Of a stretch of DNA of 64,000 nucleotides, positions 11,301-22,102 are shown in pieces (positions within the stretch are counted from its first letter, which is position 1; every line of letters starts with the position of its first letter). A program made the position numbers and the translations under genes. The notes beneath the pieces are model-generated. The model did no database searches. It was not told the origin of the DNA and saw only the letters and a list, made by a program, of their open reading frames with translations. The stretch lies in NCBI RefSeq assembly GCF_054482525.1, contig NZ_CM137006.1. One strand, given 5' to 3'.

Positions 11301-12895
11301 CTGGCGGCACGCAGTGTTCTGATGAGCTGAAAAAATCGCTGGTCGATAACAACATGATCTACGGCGAGAAGAGCGTTAATAAAGCGGGCATGATGAACCC
11401 GAGCTATCCGCTCAACTATATGGAAAAACCGCTGACGCGCCTGATGCTGGGTCGTTCCTGGTGGGATCTGAACATCAAAGTTGATGTCGAGAAGTATCCG
11501 GGAGCGGTATCGGCAGAAGGTGAGAAGGTTACTGAAACCATCAGCCTGTACTCGAATCCGACCAAATGGTTTGCGGGTAACATGCAGTCTACTGGCCTGT
11601 GGGCTCCGGCTCAGAAAGAGGTCACCATTGAGTCTACTGCATCAGTTCCTGTGACTGTCACCGTGGCGCTGGCCGACGACCTTACCGGACGTGAGAAGCA
11701 TGAAGTCGCTCTGAACCGTCCGCCAAAAGTGACGAAAACCTATGAGCTGAAAGCCAATGGTGAGATGAAGTTTACGGTTCCTTACGGTGGTCTGATTTAT
11801 ATCAAGGGCAACAGCCCACAGAATGAGTCAGCCGAATTCACCTTTACTGGTGTGGTGAAAGCGCCGTTCTATAAAGATGGCGCATGGAAAAACGCTCTGA
11901 ACTCCCCTGCGCCGTTGGGCGAGCTGGAGTCAGACGCTTTCGTCTACACCACGCCGAAGAAGAACCTTGAGGCCAGCAATTTCACTGGTGGCGTAGCAGA
12001 ATTCGCTAAAGATCTGGATACCTTTGCCAGCTCGATGAATGACTTCTACGGTCGTAATGATGAAGACGGTAAGCACCGGATGTTTACCTATAAAAACTTG
12101 ACGGGGCACAAGCATCGTTTCACCAACGATGTGCAGATCTCCATCGGTGATGCGCACTCTGGTTATCCGGTAATGAACAGCAGCTTCTCGACGAACAGCA
12201 CCACGCTGCCGACGACGCCGCTGAACGACTGGCTGATCTGGCACGAAGTTGGTCACAACGCTGCAGAAACGCCGCTGACTGTTCCTGGCGCAACTGAAGT
12301 AGCGAACAACGTGCTGGCGCTGTACATGCAGGATCGCTATCTCGGCAAGATGAACCGTGTCGCTGACGACATTACCGTCGCGCCGGAATATCTGGAGGAG
12401 AGCAACGGTCAGGCATGGGCGCGCGGCGGTGCGGGTGACCGTCTGCTGATGTACGCACAGCTGAAAGAGTGGGCAGAGAAAAACTTTGATATCAAGACGT
12501 GGTATCCAGATGGCAATCTGCCAGCGTTCTACAGCGAGCGTGAAGGGATGAAAGGCTGGAACCTGTTCCAGTTGATGCATCGTAAAGCACGCGGCGATGA
12601 GGTTGGCAAAACCAAGTTTGGCGAAAGAAATTACTGTGCCGAATCCAACGGTAACGCTGCCGACAAGCTGATGCTGTGTGCATCCTGGGTCGCCCAGACG
12701 GATCTTTCGGAGTTCTTTAAGAAATGGAATCCGGGCGCGAATGCTTACCAGTTGCCGGGAGCGAGCGAGATGAACTTCGAGGGCGGTGTGAGCCAGTCGG
12801 CTTACGAGACACTGGCGGCGCTTAATCTGCCGAAACCGCAGCAAGGGCCGGAAACCATTAATCAGGTTACCGAGCATAAGATGTCAGCTGAGTAA
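8312..12895 (+). CDS. yghJ: SslE/YghJ lipoprotein, M60-like zinc metalloprotease (mucinase), type II secretion substrate
   Basis: 1527-aa ORF; lipobox LLAGC near the N-terminus; Pro/Glu/Thr-rich linker; HEVGH zinc-binding motif (WHEVGHNAAE); immediately upstream of pppA and the gsp operon. Confidence 0.9.
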   Translation: MSLALLMNKKFKYKKSLLAAILSATLLAGCDGGGSGSSSDTPPVDSGTGSLPEVKPDPTPNPEPTPEPTPDPEPTPEPTPDPEPTPEPEPEPVPTKTGYLTLGGSQRITGATCNGESSDGFTFTPGDKVTCVAGNNTTIATFDTQSEAARSLRAVEKVSFSLEDAQELAASDDKKSNAVSLVTSSNSCPANTEQVCLTFSSVIESKRFDSLYKQIDLAPEEFKKLVNEEVENNAATDKAPSTHTSPVVPVTTPGTKPDLNASFVSANAEQFYQYQPTEIILSEGRLVDSMGNGVVGVNYYTSSGRGVTGENGKFNFSWGETISFGIDTFELGSVRGNKSTIALTELGDEVRGANIDQLIHRYSQAGKNDEREVPDVVRKVFAEYPNVINEIINLSLSNGEALSEGDQTFERTNEFLEQFESGQAKEIDTAICDSLGGCNSQRWFSLTARNVNDGQIQGVINKLWGVDTNYKSVSKFHVFHDSTNFYGSTGNARGQAVVNISNAAFPILMARNDKNYWLAFGEKRAWDKNELAYITEAPSLVEPENVTRDTATFNLPFISLGQVGEGKLMVIGNPHYNSILRCPNGYSWEGGVDKNGQCTRNSDSNDMKHFMQNVLRYLSDDKWTPDAKASMTVGTNLDTVYFKRHGQVTGNSAEFGFHPDFAGISVEHLSSYGDLDPQEMPLLILNGFEYVTQVGNDPYAIPLRADTSKPKLTQQDVTDLIAYLNKGGSVLIMENVMSNLKEESASGFVRLLDAAGLSMALNKSVVNNDPQGYPNRVRQQRATGIWVYERYPAVDGALPYTIDSKTGEVKWKYQVENKPDDKPKLEVASWLEDVDGKQETRYAFIDEADHKTEDSLKAAKAKIFEKFPGLKECKDPTYHYEVNCLEYRPGTGVPVTGGMYVPQYTQLSLNADTAKAMVQAADLGTNIQRLYQHELYFRTNGRKGERLSSVDLERLYQNMSVWLWNKIEYRYENDKDDELGFKTFTEFLNCYANDAYTGGTQCSDELKKSLVDNNMIYGEKSVNKAGMMNPSYPLNYMEKPLTRLMLGRSWWDLNIKVDVEKYPGAVSAEGEKVTETISLYSNPTKWFAGNMQSTGLWAPAQKEVTIESTASVPVTVTVALADDLTGREKHEVALNRPPKVTKTYELKANGEMKFTVPYGGLIYIKGNSPQNESAEFTFTGVVKAPFYKDGAWKNALNSPAPLGELESDAFVYTTPKKNLEASNFTGGVAEFAKDLDTFASSMNDFYGRNDEDGKHRMFTYKNLTGHKHRFTNDVQISIGDAHSGYPVMNSSFSTNSTTLPTTPLNDWLIWHEVGHNAAETPLTVPGATEVANNVLALYMQDRYLGKMNRVADDITVAPEYLEESNGQAWARGGAGDRLLMYAQLKEWAEKNFDIKTWYPDGNLPAFYSEREGMKGWNLFQLMHRKARGDEVGKTKFGERNYCAESNGNAADKLMLCASWVAQTDLSEFFKKWNPGANAYQLPGASEMNFEGGVSQSAYETLAALNLPKPQQGPETINQVTEHKMSAE
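8478..8592 (+). repeat. Imperfect tandem repeat encoding a proline-rich (PEPTPEPTPDPEPT...) linker inside yghJ
   Basis: Reiterated cc(a/g)ac(a/g)cc(t/g)ga(a/c)cc units in the sequence; low-complexity translation. Confidence 0.7.
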
Positions 12896-12899
12896 GCCT

Positions 12900-13010
12900 G
12901 TATGCCGGATAAGGCGCTCGCGCCGCATCCGGCATGAAATAAGGCGCATCGGGCCTGGAGGAAAGCCGTATGGCATACACCTGCAGGCCCGCATCCGGCA
13001 AGTTACAACA
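12900..13010. repeat. REP (repetitive extragenic palindromic) elements
   Basis: Copies of the gccggataaggcg...cgccgcatccggca palindromic unit between yghJ and pppA. Confidence 0.75.
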
Positions 13011-13024
13011 AATAACCTTTAACC

Positions 13025-13834
13025 ATGTTTTTTGATGTTTTTCAGCAATACCCCGCGGCGATACCCGTCCTGGCTACCGTCGGAGGATTGATTATCGGCA
13101 GTTTTTTGAATGTGGTGATTTGGCGTTACCCCATCATGCTGCGCCAACAAATGGCGGAGTTTCACGGTGAAATGCCGAGCGCGCAGTCAAAAATAAGCCT
13201 TGCGCTACCGCGTTCGCACTGCCCACATTGTCAGCAGACCATCCGGATACGTGACAATATTCCGCTGCTCTCCTGGCTGATGCTCAAAGGGCGCTGCCGT
13301 GATTGTCAGGCGAAAATCAGCAAGCGTTATCCGCTGGTGGAGTTATTGACAGCACTCGCTTTTTTGCTGGCGAGTCTGGTGTGGTCAGAAAGTGGATGGG
13401 GACTGGCGGTGATGATATTATCCGCCTGGCTGATTGCCGCGAGCATCATCGACCTCGATAACCAATGGCTGCCCGATGTTTTTACTCAGGGCGTATTGTG
13501 GACCGGGCTGATTGCGGCATGGGCGCAACAGAGTCCGTTAACGCTACAAGACGCAGTTACCGGCGTCCTGGTGGGGTTTATCACTTTTTACTCCCTGCGC
13601 TGGATAGCCGGAATAGTTCTGCGTAAAGAAGCATTAGGCATGGGCGATGTATTATTGTTCGCCGCTTTAGGTAGTTGGGTGGGGCCGTTATCACTGCCCA
13701 ATGTTGCTTTAATCGCCTCATGCTGCGGCCTGATATATGCCGTTATTACAAAAAGAGGATCAACCACACTGCCTTTTGGACCGTGTTTAAGTCTGGGCGG
13801 TATAGCAACACTTTATCTACAGGCATTGTTTTAA
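13025..13834 (+). CDS. pppA: Prepilin peptidase (A24 family) serving the T2SS
   Basis: 269-aa polytopic membrane protein; paired CxxC motifs (CPHCQQ...CRDCQ) typical of the prepilin peptidase N-terminal domain. Confidence 0.85.
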   Translation: MFFDVFQQYPAAIPVLATVGGLIIGSFLNVVIWRYPIMLRQQMAEFHGEMPSAQSKISLALPRSHCPHCQQTIRIRDNIPLLSWLMLKGRCRDCQAKISKRYPLVELLTALAFLLASLVWSESGWGLAVMILSAWLIAASIIDLDNQWLPDVFTQGVLWTGLIAAWAQQSPLTLQDAVTGVLVGFITFYSLRWIAGIVLRKEALGMGDVLLFAALGSWVGPLSLPNVALIASCCGLIYAVITKRGSTTLPFGPCLSLGGIATLYLQALF

Positions 13835-13899
13835 TGATAACCACGTCATTATCAAAGTGACATTTTAACTCTTATTAATAACCTTAGAGATTATTTACC

Positions 13900-14310
13900 A
13901 TGTCGATAAAACAAATGCCAGGGAGGGTATTAATATCGCTATTGTTGAGCGTTACAGGATTATTAAGTGGCTGTGCCAGCCATAATGAAAATGCCAGTTT
14001 ACTGGCGAAAAAACAGGCGCAAAATATCAGCCAAAACCTGCCGATTAAATCTGCGGGATATACCTTAGTGCTGGCGCAAAGTAGCGGCACGACGGTAAAA
14101 ATGACCATTATCAGCGAAGCGGGTACTCAGACCACGCAGACACCTGACGCCTTTTTAACCAGCTATCAACGACAAATGTGCGCTGACCCGACGGTGAAAT
14201 TAATGATCACTGAGGGAATTAATTACAGCATAACGATTAATGATACACGTACAGGTAACCAGTATCAGCGGAAACTGGATCGTACCACCTGTGGAATAGT
14301 CAAAGCATAA
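13900..14310 (+). CDS. yghG: T2SS pilotin lipoprotein (YghG/GspS-beta/AspS-like)
   Basis: 136-aa ORF with signal peptide and lipobox LLSGC; position between pppA and gspC. Confidence 0.75.
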   Translation: MSIKQMPGRVLISLLLSVTGLLSGCASHNENASLLAKKQAQNISQNLPIKSAGYTLVLAQSSGTTVKMTIISEAGTQTTQTPDAFLTSYQRQMCADPTVKLMITEGINYSITINDTRTGNQYQRKLDRTTCGIVKA

Positions 14311-14327
14311 CGTCGGGTAGATATAAA

Positions 14328-15287
14328 TTGGCGCGGGTTGTTTTTCGTGACGCACGAATTTATCTCATTCAATGGCTGACAAAAATTCGTCACACTCTTA
14401 ACCAGAGACAATCTCTTAATACAGACAAAGAGCATCTGCGCAAAATTGCACGCGGGATGTTCTGGCTGATGCTGCTTATTATTTCTGCAAAAGTGGCGCA
14501 TTCACTCTGGCGCTATTTCTCCTTTTCTGCGGAATATACGGCGGTTTCCCCATCGGCGAATAAACCGCTCCGTGCGGATGCAAAACCGTTCGATAAAAAT
14601 GACGTGCAATTAGTCAGCCAACAAAACTGGTTTGGCAAATATCAACCCGTCGCCGCACCGGTAAAACAACCTGAATCTGCGCCTGTGGCAGAAACGCGTC
14701 TTAATGTGGTGCTGCGCGGGATCGCCTTTGGTGCCAGACCCGGCGCGGTTATTGAAGAAGGCGGCAAACAGCAGGTCTATTTGCAGGGTGAACGGCTTGG
14801 CTCTCACAACGCGGTGATTGAGGAAATTAATCGTGACCATGTGATGCTGCGCTATCAGGGGAAAATGGAACGTCTGAGTCTGGCAGAAGAGAAGCGTCCC
14901 ACCATAGCCGTGACCAGCAAAAAAGCCGTCAGCGACGAAGCAAAGCAAGCTGTTGCTGAGCCTGCTGCCAGTGCGCCAGTTGAGATCCCGGCTGCCGTGC
15001 GTCAGGCACTGGCGAAAGATCCGCAGAAAATTTTTAACTATATCCAGCTTACGCCTGTGCGTAAGGAAGGGATTGTCGGTTATGCAGTGAAACCGGGGGC
15101 AGATCGTTCTCTGTTCGATGCCAGCGGTTTTAAGGAAGGCGATATCGCCATTGCGCTAAATCAGCAGGATTTCACTGATCCACGAGCAATGATTGCTCTG
15201 ATGCGGCAGTTACCTTCAATGGATTCCATTCAACTTACGGTTTTACGCAAGGGTGCGCGCTACGACATTTCCATCGCGCTGCGCTAA
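14328..15287 (+). CDS. gspC: Type II secretion protein GspC
   Basis: 319-aa bitopic protein with an N-terminal TM segment and C-terminal PDZ-like region; first gene of a contiguous gspC-M array. Confidence 0.8.
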   Translation: MARVVFRDARIYLIQWLTKIRHTLNQRQSLNTDKEHLRKIARGMFWLMLLIISAKVAHSLWRYFSFSAEYTAVSPSANKPLRADAKPFDKNDVQLVSQQNWFGKYQPVAAPVKQPESAPVAETRLNVVLRGIAFGARPGAVIEEGGKQQVYLQGERLGSHNAVIEEINRDHVMLRYQGKMERLSLAEEKRPTIAVTSKKAVSDEAKQAVAEPAASAPVEIPAAVRQALAKDPQKIFNYIQLTPVRKEGIVGYAVKPGADRSLFDASGFKEGDIAIALNQQDFTDPRAMIALMRQLPSMDSIQLTVLRKGARYDISIALR

Positions 15288-15316
15288 CCGCATTTAATCC
15301 AGGAGAATCATTCATC

Positions 15317-17377
15317 GTGTTTTGGCGTGATATGACGTTGTCGGTCTGGCGTAAGAAGACAACTGGCCTCAAAACAAAAAAGCGTTTACTGCCGCTGGTG
15401 CTGGCAGCGGCATTATGCAGTTCACCGGTCTGGGCGGAAGAAGCCACTTTCACCGCTAATTTTAAAGATACCGACCTGAAATCGTTCATCGAAACCGTCG
15501 GCGCTAACCTTAATAAAACCATCATTATGGGGCCGGGCGTTCAGGGGAAAGTGAGTATTCGCACCATGACCCCGCTCAATGAACGCCAGTATTACCAGCT
15601 ATTCCTTAACCTGCTGGAAGCACAGGGGTATGCCGTCGTACCGATGGAAAACGACGTGCTGAAGGTGGTGAAATCCAGTGCCGCGAAAGTCGAGCCGCTG
15701 CCGCTGGTCGGTGAAGGCAGCGACAACTACGCGGGCGATGAAATGGTCACCAAAGTCGTGCCGGTACGTAATGTGTCGGTACGCGAGCTGGCACCGATTC
15801 TGCGCCAGATGATCGACAGCGCAGGCTCAGGCAACGTTGTTAATTACGATCCCTCCAACGTGATTATGCTTACCGGACGCGCCTCAGTTGTGGAGCGCCT
15901 GACGGAAGTGATCCAGCGCGTGGATCATGCGGGTAATCGCACCGAAGAGGTGATCCCGCTGGATAACGCCTCGGCTTCGGAAATCGCCCGCGTGCTGGAA
16001 AGCCTGACGAAAAACAGCGGCGAGAACCAGCCTGCGACGCTGAAATCTCAAATTGTCGCCGACGAACGCACCAACAGTGTGATTGTCAGTGGTGACCCGG
16101 CCACGCGGGACAAAATGCGCCGCCTGATCCGTCGGCTGGACTCAGAAATGGAGCGCAGCGGCAACAGCCAGGTTTTCTATCTCAAATACAGCAAAGCCGA
16201 AGATCTGGTCGATGTACTGAAGCAGGTCAGCGGCACGCTCACGGCGGCTAAAGAAGAGGCGGAAGGCACCGTCGGTAGCGGGCGTGAGGTTGTCTCCATC
16301 GCCGCCAGCAAACACAGTAATGCCCTGATTGTTACCGCGCCGCAGGACATCATGCAGTCGCTGCAAAGCGTGATTGAACAACTGGATATTCGCCGTGCTC
16401 AGGTGCACGTCGAGGCGTTGATCGTGGAAGTTGCCGAAGGTAGCAATATCAATTTCGGCGTGCAGTGGGCGTCGAAAGATGCCGGATTAATGCAGTTTGC
16501 TAACGGTACGCAGATCCCTATTGGCACGCTGGGTGCAGCCATTTCTCAGGCGAAACCGCAGAAAGGCTCCACGGTGATCAGTGAAAACGGCGCTACCACC
16601 ATTAACCCGGATACTAACGGCGATCTCTCCACGCTCGCTCAGCTTCTTTCTGGCTTTAGCGGTACGGCGGTTGGCGTGGTGAAAGGCGACTGGATGGCGC
16701 TGGTACAGGCGGTCAAAAACGACTCCAGCTCGAACGTGCTCTCCACGCCGAGTATCACCACGCTGGACAACCAGGAAGCCTTCTTCATGGTGGGCCAGGA
16801 CGTTCCGGTATTAACCGGCTCTACTGTTGGCTCTAATAACAGCAATCCTTTCAATACGGTAGAGAGGAAAAAAGTCGGCATCATGCTGAAAGTCACGCCG
16901 CAGATTAACGAAGGAAACGCGGTACAGATGGTGATTGAGCAGGAAGTGTCGAAGGTGGAAGGACAGACCAGCCTCGATGTCGTGTTTGGCGAGCGCAAAC
17001 TGAAAACCACCGTGCTGGCTAACGATGGTGAGCTGATCGTGCTTGGCGGTCTGATGGACGATCAGGCGGGAGAAAGCGTGGCGAAAGTGCCGCTGCTTGG
17101 CGATATCCCATTGATTGGTAACCTGTTTAAATCGACGGCGGATAAAAAAGAAAAACGTAACCTGATGGTATTTATCCGCCCGACCATTCTGCGTGACGGT
17201 ATGGCGGCAGACGGCGTGTCGCAGCGCAAATATAACTATATGCGCGCCGAACAGATCTATCGCGATGAGCAAGGCTTGAGCCTGATGCCGCACACCGCGC
17301 AGCCGGTACTGCCAGCGCAAAATCAGGCTCTACCGCCAGAAGTTCGCGCGTTCCTTAATGCCGGGAGAACGCGTTAA
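15317..17377 (+). CDS. gspD: Type II secretion secretin GspD
   Basis: 686-aa ORF (GTG start at 15317 after RBS aggag; alternative ATG at 15332); signal peptide; secretin C-domain. Confidence 0.88.
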   Translation: MFWRDMTLSVWRKKTTGLKTKKRLLPLVLAAALCSSPVWAEEATFTANFKDTDLKSFIETVGANLNKTIIMGPGVQGKVSIRTMTPLNERQYYQLFLNLLEAQGYAVVPMENDVLKVVKSSAAKVEPLPLVGEGSDNYAGDEMVTKVVPVRNVSVRELAPILRQMIDSAGSGNVVNYDPSNVIMLTGRASVVERLTEVIQRVDHAGNRTEEVIPLDNASASEIARVLESLTKNSGENQPATLKSQIVADERTNSVIVSGDPATRDKMRRLIRRLDSEMERSGNSQVFYLKYSKAEDLVDVLKQVSGTLTAAKEEAEGTVGSGREVVSIAASKHSNALIVTAPQDIMQSLQSVIEQLDIRRAQVHVEALIVEVAEGSNINFGVQWASKDAGLMQFANGTQIPIGTLGAAISQAKPQKGSTVISENGATTINPDTNGDLSTLAQLLSGFSGTAVGVVKGDWMALVQAVKNDSSSNVLSTPSITTLDNQEAFFMVGQDVPVLTGSTVGSNNSNPFNTVERKKVGIMLKVTPQINEGNAVQMVIEQEVSKVEGQTSLDVVFGERKLKTTVLANDGELIVLGGLMDDQAGESVAKVPLLGDIPLIGNLFKSTADKKEKRNLMVFIRPTILRDGMAADGVSQRKYNYMRAEQIYRDEQGLSLMPHTAQPVLPAQNQALPPEVRAFLNAGRTR

Positions 17378-18870
17378 TGGTGCCTGTAGCACAGGAAACC
17401 ACCGCTAACACCGTGCGTCTGCCCTACAGTTTCAGCCGTCGGTTTAGCCTGGTGGCATGGTGCGAAGCGTCGCTGGAGATCCTCCATGTTCATCCGTTGT
17501 CGCTCTCTGTTTTGCAGGAGCTGCAGCGGGGGCTGAACGCGTCTTTTACGCTGAGGCAAATCGACGAGGCCGAATTTGAACAGCGGCTGAATGCGGTCTG
17601 GCAGCGGGACTCTTCCGAGGCCCGCCAGCTGATGGAAGATCTCGGTTCTGCTGAGGACTTTTTTACTCTCGCAGAAGAACTACCGGAAACGGAAGATCTG
17701 CTGGAAAGTGACGACGATGCGCCAATCATCAAACTGATCAACGCCATGTTGGCAGAGGCGATTAAAGAAGGCGCTTCGGATATCCACATCGAGACGTTTG
17801 AAAAGAGTCTGGTGATCCGTTTTCGTGTTGACGGCACACTATATGAAATGCTGCGTCCGGGGCGCAAACTGGCCTCGCTGCTGGTATCGCGTATTAAGGT
17901 GATGGCACGGCTGGATATCGCCGAAAAACGCGTACCGCAGGATGGGCGCATTGCGCTGCTGCTGGGCGGTCGGGCGATTGACGTGCGTGTCTCCACCATG
18001 CCTTCCGCCTGGGGGGAACGGGTGGTGCTGCGACTGCTGGACAAAAACCAGGCTCGCCTGACGCTGGAGCGTCTGGGTTTAAGTCTCGAACTGACTGCGC
18101 AGTTGCGCCAGCTGTTACACAAACCGCACGGCATTTTTCTGGTGACGGGGCCGACCGGTTCCGGCAAAAGCACCACGCTGTACGCTGGATTGCAGGAGCT
18201 GAACAACCACTCGCGTAACATTCTCACGGTTGAAGACCCTATCGAATACATGATTGAAGGGATCGGTCAGACGCAGGTTAACACCCGCGTCGGCATGACC
18301 TTCGCCCGTGGCCTGCGCGCGATTTTGCGTCAGGACCCGGATGTGGTGATGGTCGGTGAAATCCGCGATACCGAAACCGCAGAAATTGCCGTCCAGGCAT
18401 CGCTTACAGGGCACCTGGTCCTTTCCACGCTGCATACCAACACGGCGGTGGGGGCGATCACACGTTTGCAGGATATGGGCGTGGAGCCTTTCCTGCTCTC
18501 TTCCAGTCTGACGGGCGTGATGGCGCAGCGACTGGTTCGCACGCTGTGTCCCGATTGCCGCCAGTCCGCGCCTGCCACCGACGAAGAAAAACGCCTGCTG
18601 GGGATTACCGATGCGCGAACCGTCACGCTGTACCATCCGCAGGGTTGTCCCGCCTGTAATCATAAAGGTTTTCGCGGACGTACTGCCATCCATGAGCTGA
18701 TCGTGGTGGACGCCACATTGCGTGATTTGATCCACCGTCAGGCCGGGGAACTGGAGCTGGAACGTTATGTCCGGCAACACTCTGCGGGTATCCGCAGCAA
18801 CGGCATTGAGAAAGTGCTCGCCGGAGAAACCTCTCTCGATGAAGTTCTGCGGGTAACCATGGAGGCGTAA
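17377..18870 (+). CDS. gspE: Type II secretion ATPase GspE
   Basis: 497-aa; Walker [11 protein letters not shown]-terminal tetracysteine motif (CPDC...CPAC); start overlaps the gspD stop. Confidence 0.92.
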   Translation: MVPVAQETTANTVRLPYSFSRRFSLVAWCEASLEILHVHPLSLSVLQELQRGLNASFTLRQIDEAEFEQRLNAVWQRDSSEARQLMEDLGSAEDFFTLAEELPETEDLLESDDDAPIIKLINAMLAEAIKEGASDIHIETFEKSLVIRFRVDGTLYEMLRPGRKLASLLVSRIKVMARLDIAEKRVPQDGRIALLLGGRAIDVRVSTMPSAWGERVVLRLLDKNQARLTLERLGLSLELTAQLRQLLHKPHGIFLVTGPTGSGKSTTLYAGLQELNNHSRNILTVEDPIEYMIEGIGQTQVNTRVGMTFARGLRAILRQDPDVVMVGEIRDTETAEIAVQASLTGHLVLSTLHTNTAVGAITRLQDMGVEPFLLSSSLTGVMAQRLVRTLCPDCRQSAPATDEEKRLLGITDARTVTLYHPQGCPACNHKGFRGRTAIHELIVVDATLRDLIHRQAGELELERYVRQHSAGIRSNGIEKVLAGETSLDEVLRVTMEA

Positions 18871-20093
18871 TGGCACTGTTTTACTATCAGGCGCTGGAGC
18901 GTAATGGTCGCAAAACCAAAGGCATGATTGAGGCGGATTCCGCGCGTCATGCCCGCCAGTTGTTGCGTGGTAAAGAGCTTATCCCCGTGCACATTGAAGC
19001 CCGGCTGAATGCTTCGACTGGGGGAATGTTGCAGCGTCGGCGGCATGCACATCGTCGCGTGGTGGCGGCAGATTTGGCGCTGTTCACACGCCAACTGGCA
19101 ACGCTGGTGCAGGCAGCAATGCCGCTGGAAACCTGCTTACAGGCGGTCAGTGAGCAAAGTGAAAAACTGCATGTAAAAAGCCTCGGAATGGCGCTGCGCA
19201 GCCGGATTCAGGAAGGTTATACCCTGTCGGACAGCCTGCGCGAACATCCCCGCGTCTTTGACTCCCTGTTTTGTTCGATGGTCGCTGCCGGAGAAAAATC
19301 CGGACATCTCGACGTGGTGCTCAATCGCCTGGCGGATTACACCGAACAGCGGCAGCGTCTGAAATCACGCCTGCTGCAGGCCATGCTCTACCCGCTGGTA
19401 CTGCTGGTGGTGGCAACGGGCGTGGTCACTATTTTGCTGACGGCAGTAGTGCCGAAAATTATCGAACAGTTTGATCATCTCGGACACGCGCTGCCTGCCT
19501 CCACCCGAATGCTCATCGCCATGAGCGACATGTTACAGACCAGCGGCGTGTACTGGCTGGCGGGTTTGCTGGGGCTTCTGGTGCTGGGGCAACGGCTACT
19601 CAAAAATCCTGCGATGCGCCTGCGCTGGGATAAAACCTTGCTGCGTTTGCCCGTGACGGGGCGTGTTGCGCGCGGACTGAATACGGCGCGTTTTTCCCGC
19701 ACATTAAGCATCCTCACCGCCAGCAGTGTTCCGCTGCTGGAAGGTATTCAGACCGCCGCCGCCGTGTCGGCAAATCGTTATGTCGAGCAACAACTGCTGC
19801 TGGCGGCAGATCGCGTCCGCGAAGGAAGCAGCCTGCGCGCCGCGCTGGCGGATCTGCGCCTGTTCCCGCCGATGATGCTGTACATGATCGCCTCCGGCGA
19901 ACAGAGCGGCGAACTGGAAACCATGCTTGAGCAGGCCGCAGTCAACCAGGAACGGGAATTTGATACCCAGGTGGGGCTGGCGTTAGGGCTGTTTGAACCG
20001 GCGCTGGTGGTGATGATGGCGGGCGTGGTGCTGTTTATCGTCATCGCCATCCTCGAGCCGATGCTGCAACTGAACAATATGGTTGGAATGTAA
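18870..20093 (+). CDS. gspF: Type II secretion inner-membrane platform protein GspF
   Basis: 407-aa polytopic protein; GspF/PilC family; overlaps the gspE stop. Confidence 0.9.
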   Translation: MALFYYQALERNGRKTKGMIEADSARHARQLLRGKELIPVHIEARLNASTGGMLQRRRHAHRRVVAADLALFTRQLATLVQAAMPLETCLQAVSEQSEKLHVKSLGMALRSRIQEGYTLSDSLREHPRVFDSLFCSMVAAGEKSGHLDVVLNRLADYTEQRQRLKSRLLQAMLYPLVLLVVATGVVTILLTAVVPKIIEQFDHLGHALPASTRMLIAMSDMLQTSGVYWLAGLLGLLVLGQRLLKNPAMRLRWDKTLLRLPVTGRVARGLNTARFSRTLSILTASSVPLLEGIQTAAAVSANRYVEQQLLLAADRVREGSSLRAALADLRLFPPMMLYMIASGEQSGELETMLEQAAVNQEREFDTQVGLALGLFEPALVVMMAGVVLFIVIAILEPMLQLNNMVGM

Positions 20094-20109
20094 TTTACGG
20101 AGTTATCAC

Positions 20110-20565
20110 ATGAATTCGTTATCCCGCACACAAAAACCACGGGCAGGTTTTACCCTGCTGGAAGTGATGGTGGTGATTGTTATTCTTGGCGTCCTGGCAA
20201 GTCTGGTGGTGCCTAACCTGTTGGGCAACAAAGAGAAAGCCGATCGGCAAAAAGCCATCAGCGATATCGTGGCGCTGGAGAATGCGCTGGATATGTACCG
20301 ACTGGATAACGGGCGTTATCCGACTACCGAACAGGGGCTGGAGGCGCTGATCCAGCAACCGGCCAATATGGCGGATTCCCGTAACTACCGTACCGGTGGA
20401 TACATTAAACGACTGCCAAAGGATCCGTGGGGCAATGATTATCAGTATCTCAGCCCGGGTGAAAAAGGGCTGTTTGATGTTTATACCCTGGGAGCAGATG
20501 GTCAGGAAAACGGGGAGGGCGCTGGCGCAGATATCGGTAACTGGAATTTGCAGGAGTTTCAGTAA
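20110..20565 (+). CDS. gspG: Major pseudopilin GspG
   Basis: Prepilin leader followed by the GFTLLEVMVVIVILG cleavage/methylation motif; ATG at 20110 preferred over the upstream in-frame ATG at 20083. Confidence 0.88.
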   Translation: MNSLSRTQKPRAGFTLLEVMVVIVILGVLASLVVPNLLGNKEKADRQKAISDIVALENALDMYRLDNGRYPTTEQGLEALIQQPANMADSRNYRTGGYIKRLPKDPWGNDYQYLSPGEKGLFDVYTLGADGQENGEGAGADIGNWNLQEFQ

Positions 20566-20568
20566 TCA

Positions 20569-21132
20569 GTGCCTGAACGCGGATTCACACTTCTGGAAAT
20601 CATGCTGGTGATTTTCCTTATCGGCCTTGCCAGTGCGGGCGTGGTGCAGACTTTTGCGACAGATTCTGAACCGCCTGCGAAAAAAGCAGCGCAGGATTTT
20701 CTGACTCGCTTTGCGCAGTTTAAGGACAGGGCAGTGATCGAAGGGCAAACACTCGGTGTGCTAATCGACCCGCCTGGCTATCAGTTTATGCAGCGTCGTC
20801 ACGGGCAATGGTTGTCCGTTTCTGCGACCCGGTTATCGGCACAGGTTACGGTGCCGAAACAGGTGCAGATGCTGTTACAACCCGGAAGTGATATGTGGCA
20901 GAAGGAATATGCGCTGGAGCTGCAGCGTCGTCGCCTGACGCTGCATGATATTGAACTGGAGCTGCAAAAAGAGGCGAAAAAGAAGACGCCGCAGATCCGT
21001 TTTTCGCCTTTTGAACCCGCCACGCCGTTTACGCTGCGTTTCTACTCAGCGGCGCAAAACGCATGTTGGGCGGTAAAACTGGCACACGATGGCACGTTAT
21101 CCCTCAGTCAATGTGATGAGAGGATGCCATGA
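20569..21132 (+). CDS. gspH: Minor pseudopilin GspH
   Basis: N-terminal MPERGFTLLEIMLVIFLIG prepilin motif. Confidence 0.85.
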   Translation: MPERGFTLLEIMLVIFLIGLASAGVVQTFATDSEPPAKKAAQDFLTRFAQFKDRAVIEGQTLGVLIDPPGYQFMQRRHGQWLSVSATRLSAQVTVPKQVQMLLQPGSDMWQKEYALELQRRRLTLHDIELELQKEAKKKTPQIRFSPFEPATPFTLRFYSAAQNACWAVKLAHDGTLSLSQCDERMP

Positions 21133-21500
21133 AGCGCGGATTTACTTTGCTGGAAGTGATGCTTGCGCTGGCGATTTTTGCGCTGGCTGCCATGGCGGTG
21201 TTACAGATTGCCAGCGGTGCGCTGAGTAATCAGCACGTTCTTGAGGAGAAAACGGTAGCGGGCTGGGTAGCTGAAAACCAGACCGCGCTGCTCTATCTGA
21301 TGACCCGCGAGCAGCGGGCGGTCAGCCACCAGGGCGAGAGCGATATGGCAGGAAGCCGCTGGTACTGGCGAACCACACCGCTGAGTACAGGCAACGCGCT
21401 GCTCCAGGCAGTGGATATTGAAGTCAGCCGTCACGAAGACTTTTCGTCGGTGATTCAGTCACGACGCGCCTGGTTTAGCGCCGTGGGAGGCCAACAGTGA
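21129..21500 (+). CDS. gspI: Minor pseudopilin GspI
   Basis: N-terminal MKRGFTLLEVMLALAIFA prepilin motif; 123 aa. Confidence 0.85.
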   Translation: MKRGFTLLEVMLALAIFALAAMAVLQIASGALSNQHVLEEKTVAGWVAENQTALLYLMTREQRAVSHQGESDMAGSRWYWRTTPLSTGNALLQAVDIEVSRHEDFSSVIQSRRAWFSAVGGQQ

Positions 21501-22102
21501 GAAGGACTTGCGCTGGTTTCACGTTACTGGAAATGCTGGTGGCAATTGCCATTTTTGCCTCACTGGCACTGATGGCGCAGCAGGTGACAAACGGCGTTAC
21601 ACGCGTGAATAGCGCCGTCGCCGGACACGATCAAAAACTAAACCTCATGCAGCAAACGATGAGTTTTTTGAACCACGATCTGACACAAATGATGCCGCGT
21701 CCGGTAAGAGGCGATCAGGGCCAGCGTGAACCAGCGTTACTGGCGGGCGCTGGCGTGCTGGCGTCTGAGAGTGAAGGGATGCGTTTTGTGCGCGGCGGCG
21801 TGGTTAATCCGTTGATGCGTCTGCCGCGCAGTAATCTGCTCACCGTCGGTTACCGCATTCATGGTGGTTATCTCGAACGGTTAGCCTGGCCACTGACCGA
21901 TGCGGCAGGCAGCGTGAAGCCAACAACGCAAAAATTAATCCCGGCGGATTCGCTCCGTTTGCAGTTCTACGACGGCACGCGCTGGCAGGAGAGCTGGTCA
22001 TCAGTGCAGGCGATTCCTGTGGCAGTACGCATAACCCTGCATTCGCCGCAATGGGGCGAGATTGAACGCATCTGGTTGTTACGCGGGCCGCAATTATCAT
22101 GA
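21497..22102 (+). CDS. gspJ: Minor pseudopilin GspJ
   Basis: GTG start; N-terminal AGFTLLEMLVAIAIFA prepilin motif; 201 aa. Confidence 0.85.
   Translation: MRRTCAGFTLLEMLVAIAIFASLALMAQQVTNGVTRVNSAVAGHDQKLNLMQQTMSFLNHDLTQMMPRPVRGDQGQREPALLAGAGVLASESEGMRFVRGGVVNPLMRLPRSNLLTVGYRIHGGYLERLAWPLTDAAGSVKPTTQKLIPADSLRLQFYDGTRWQESWSSVQAIPVAVRITLHSPQWGEIERIWLLRGPQLS

Noticed and set aside
9497-12877. Long minus-strand ORFs (272, 181 and 315 aa) inside yghJ
   Set aside because: They lie antisense to a 1527-aa gene with clear motifs, have no RBS or family resemblance, and are typical shadow ORFs of GC-rich coding sequence.
17490-18876. Two 253-aa minus-strand ORFs overlapping gspE
   Set aside because: Antisense to a highly conserved ATPase gene; Ser/Arg-rich low-complexity translations; no start context.
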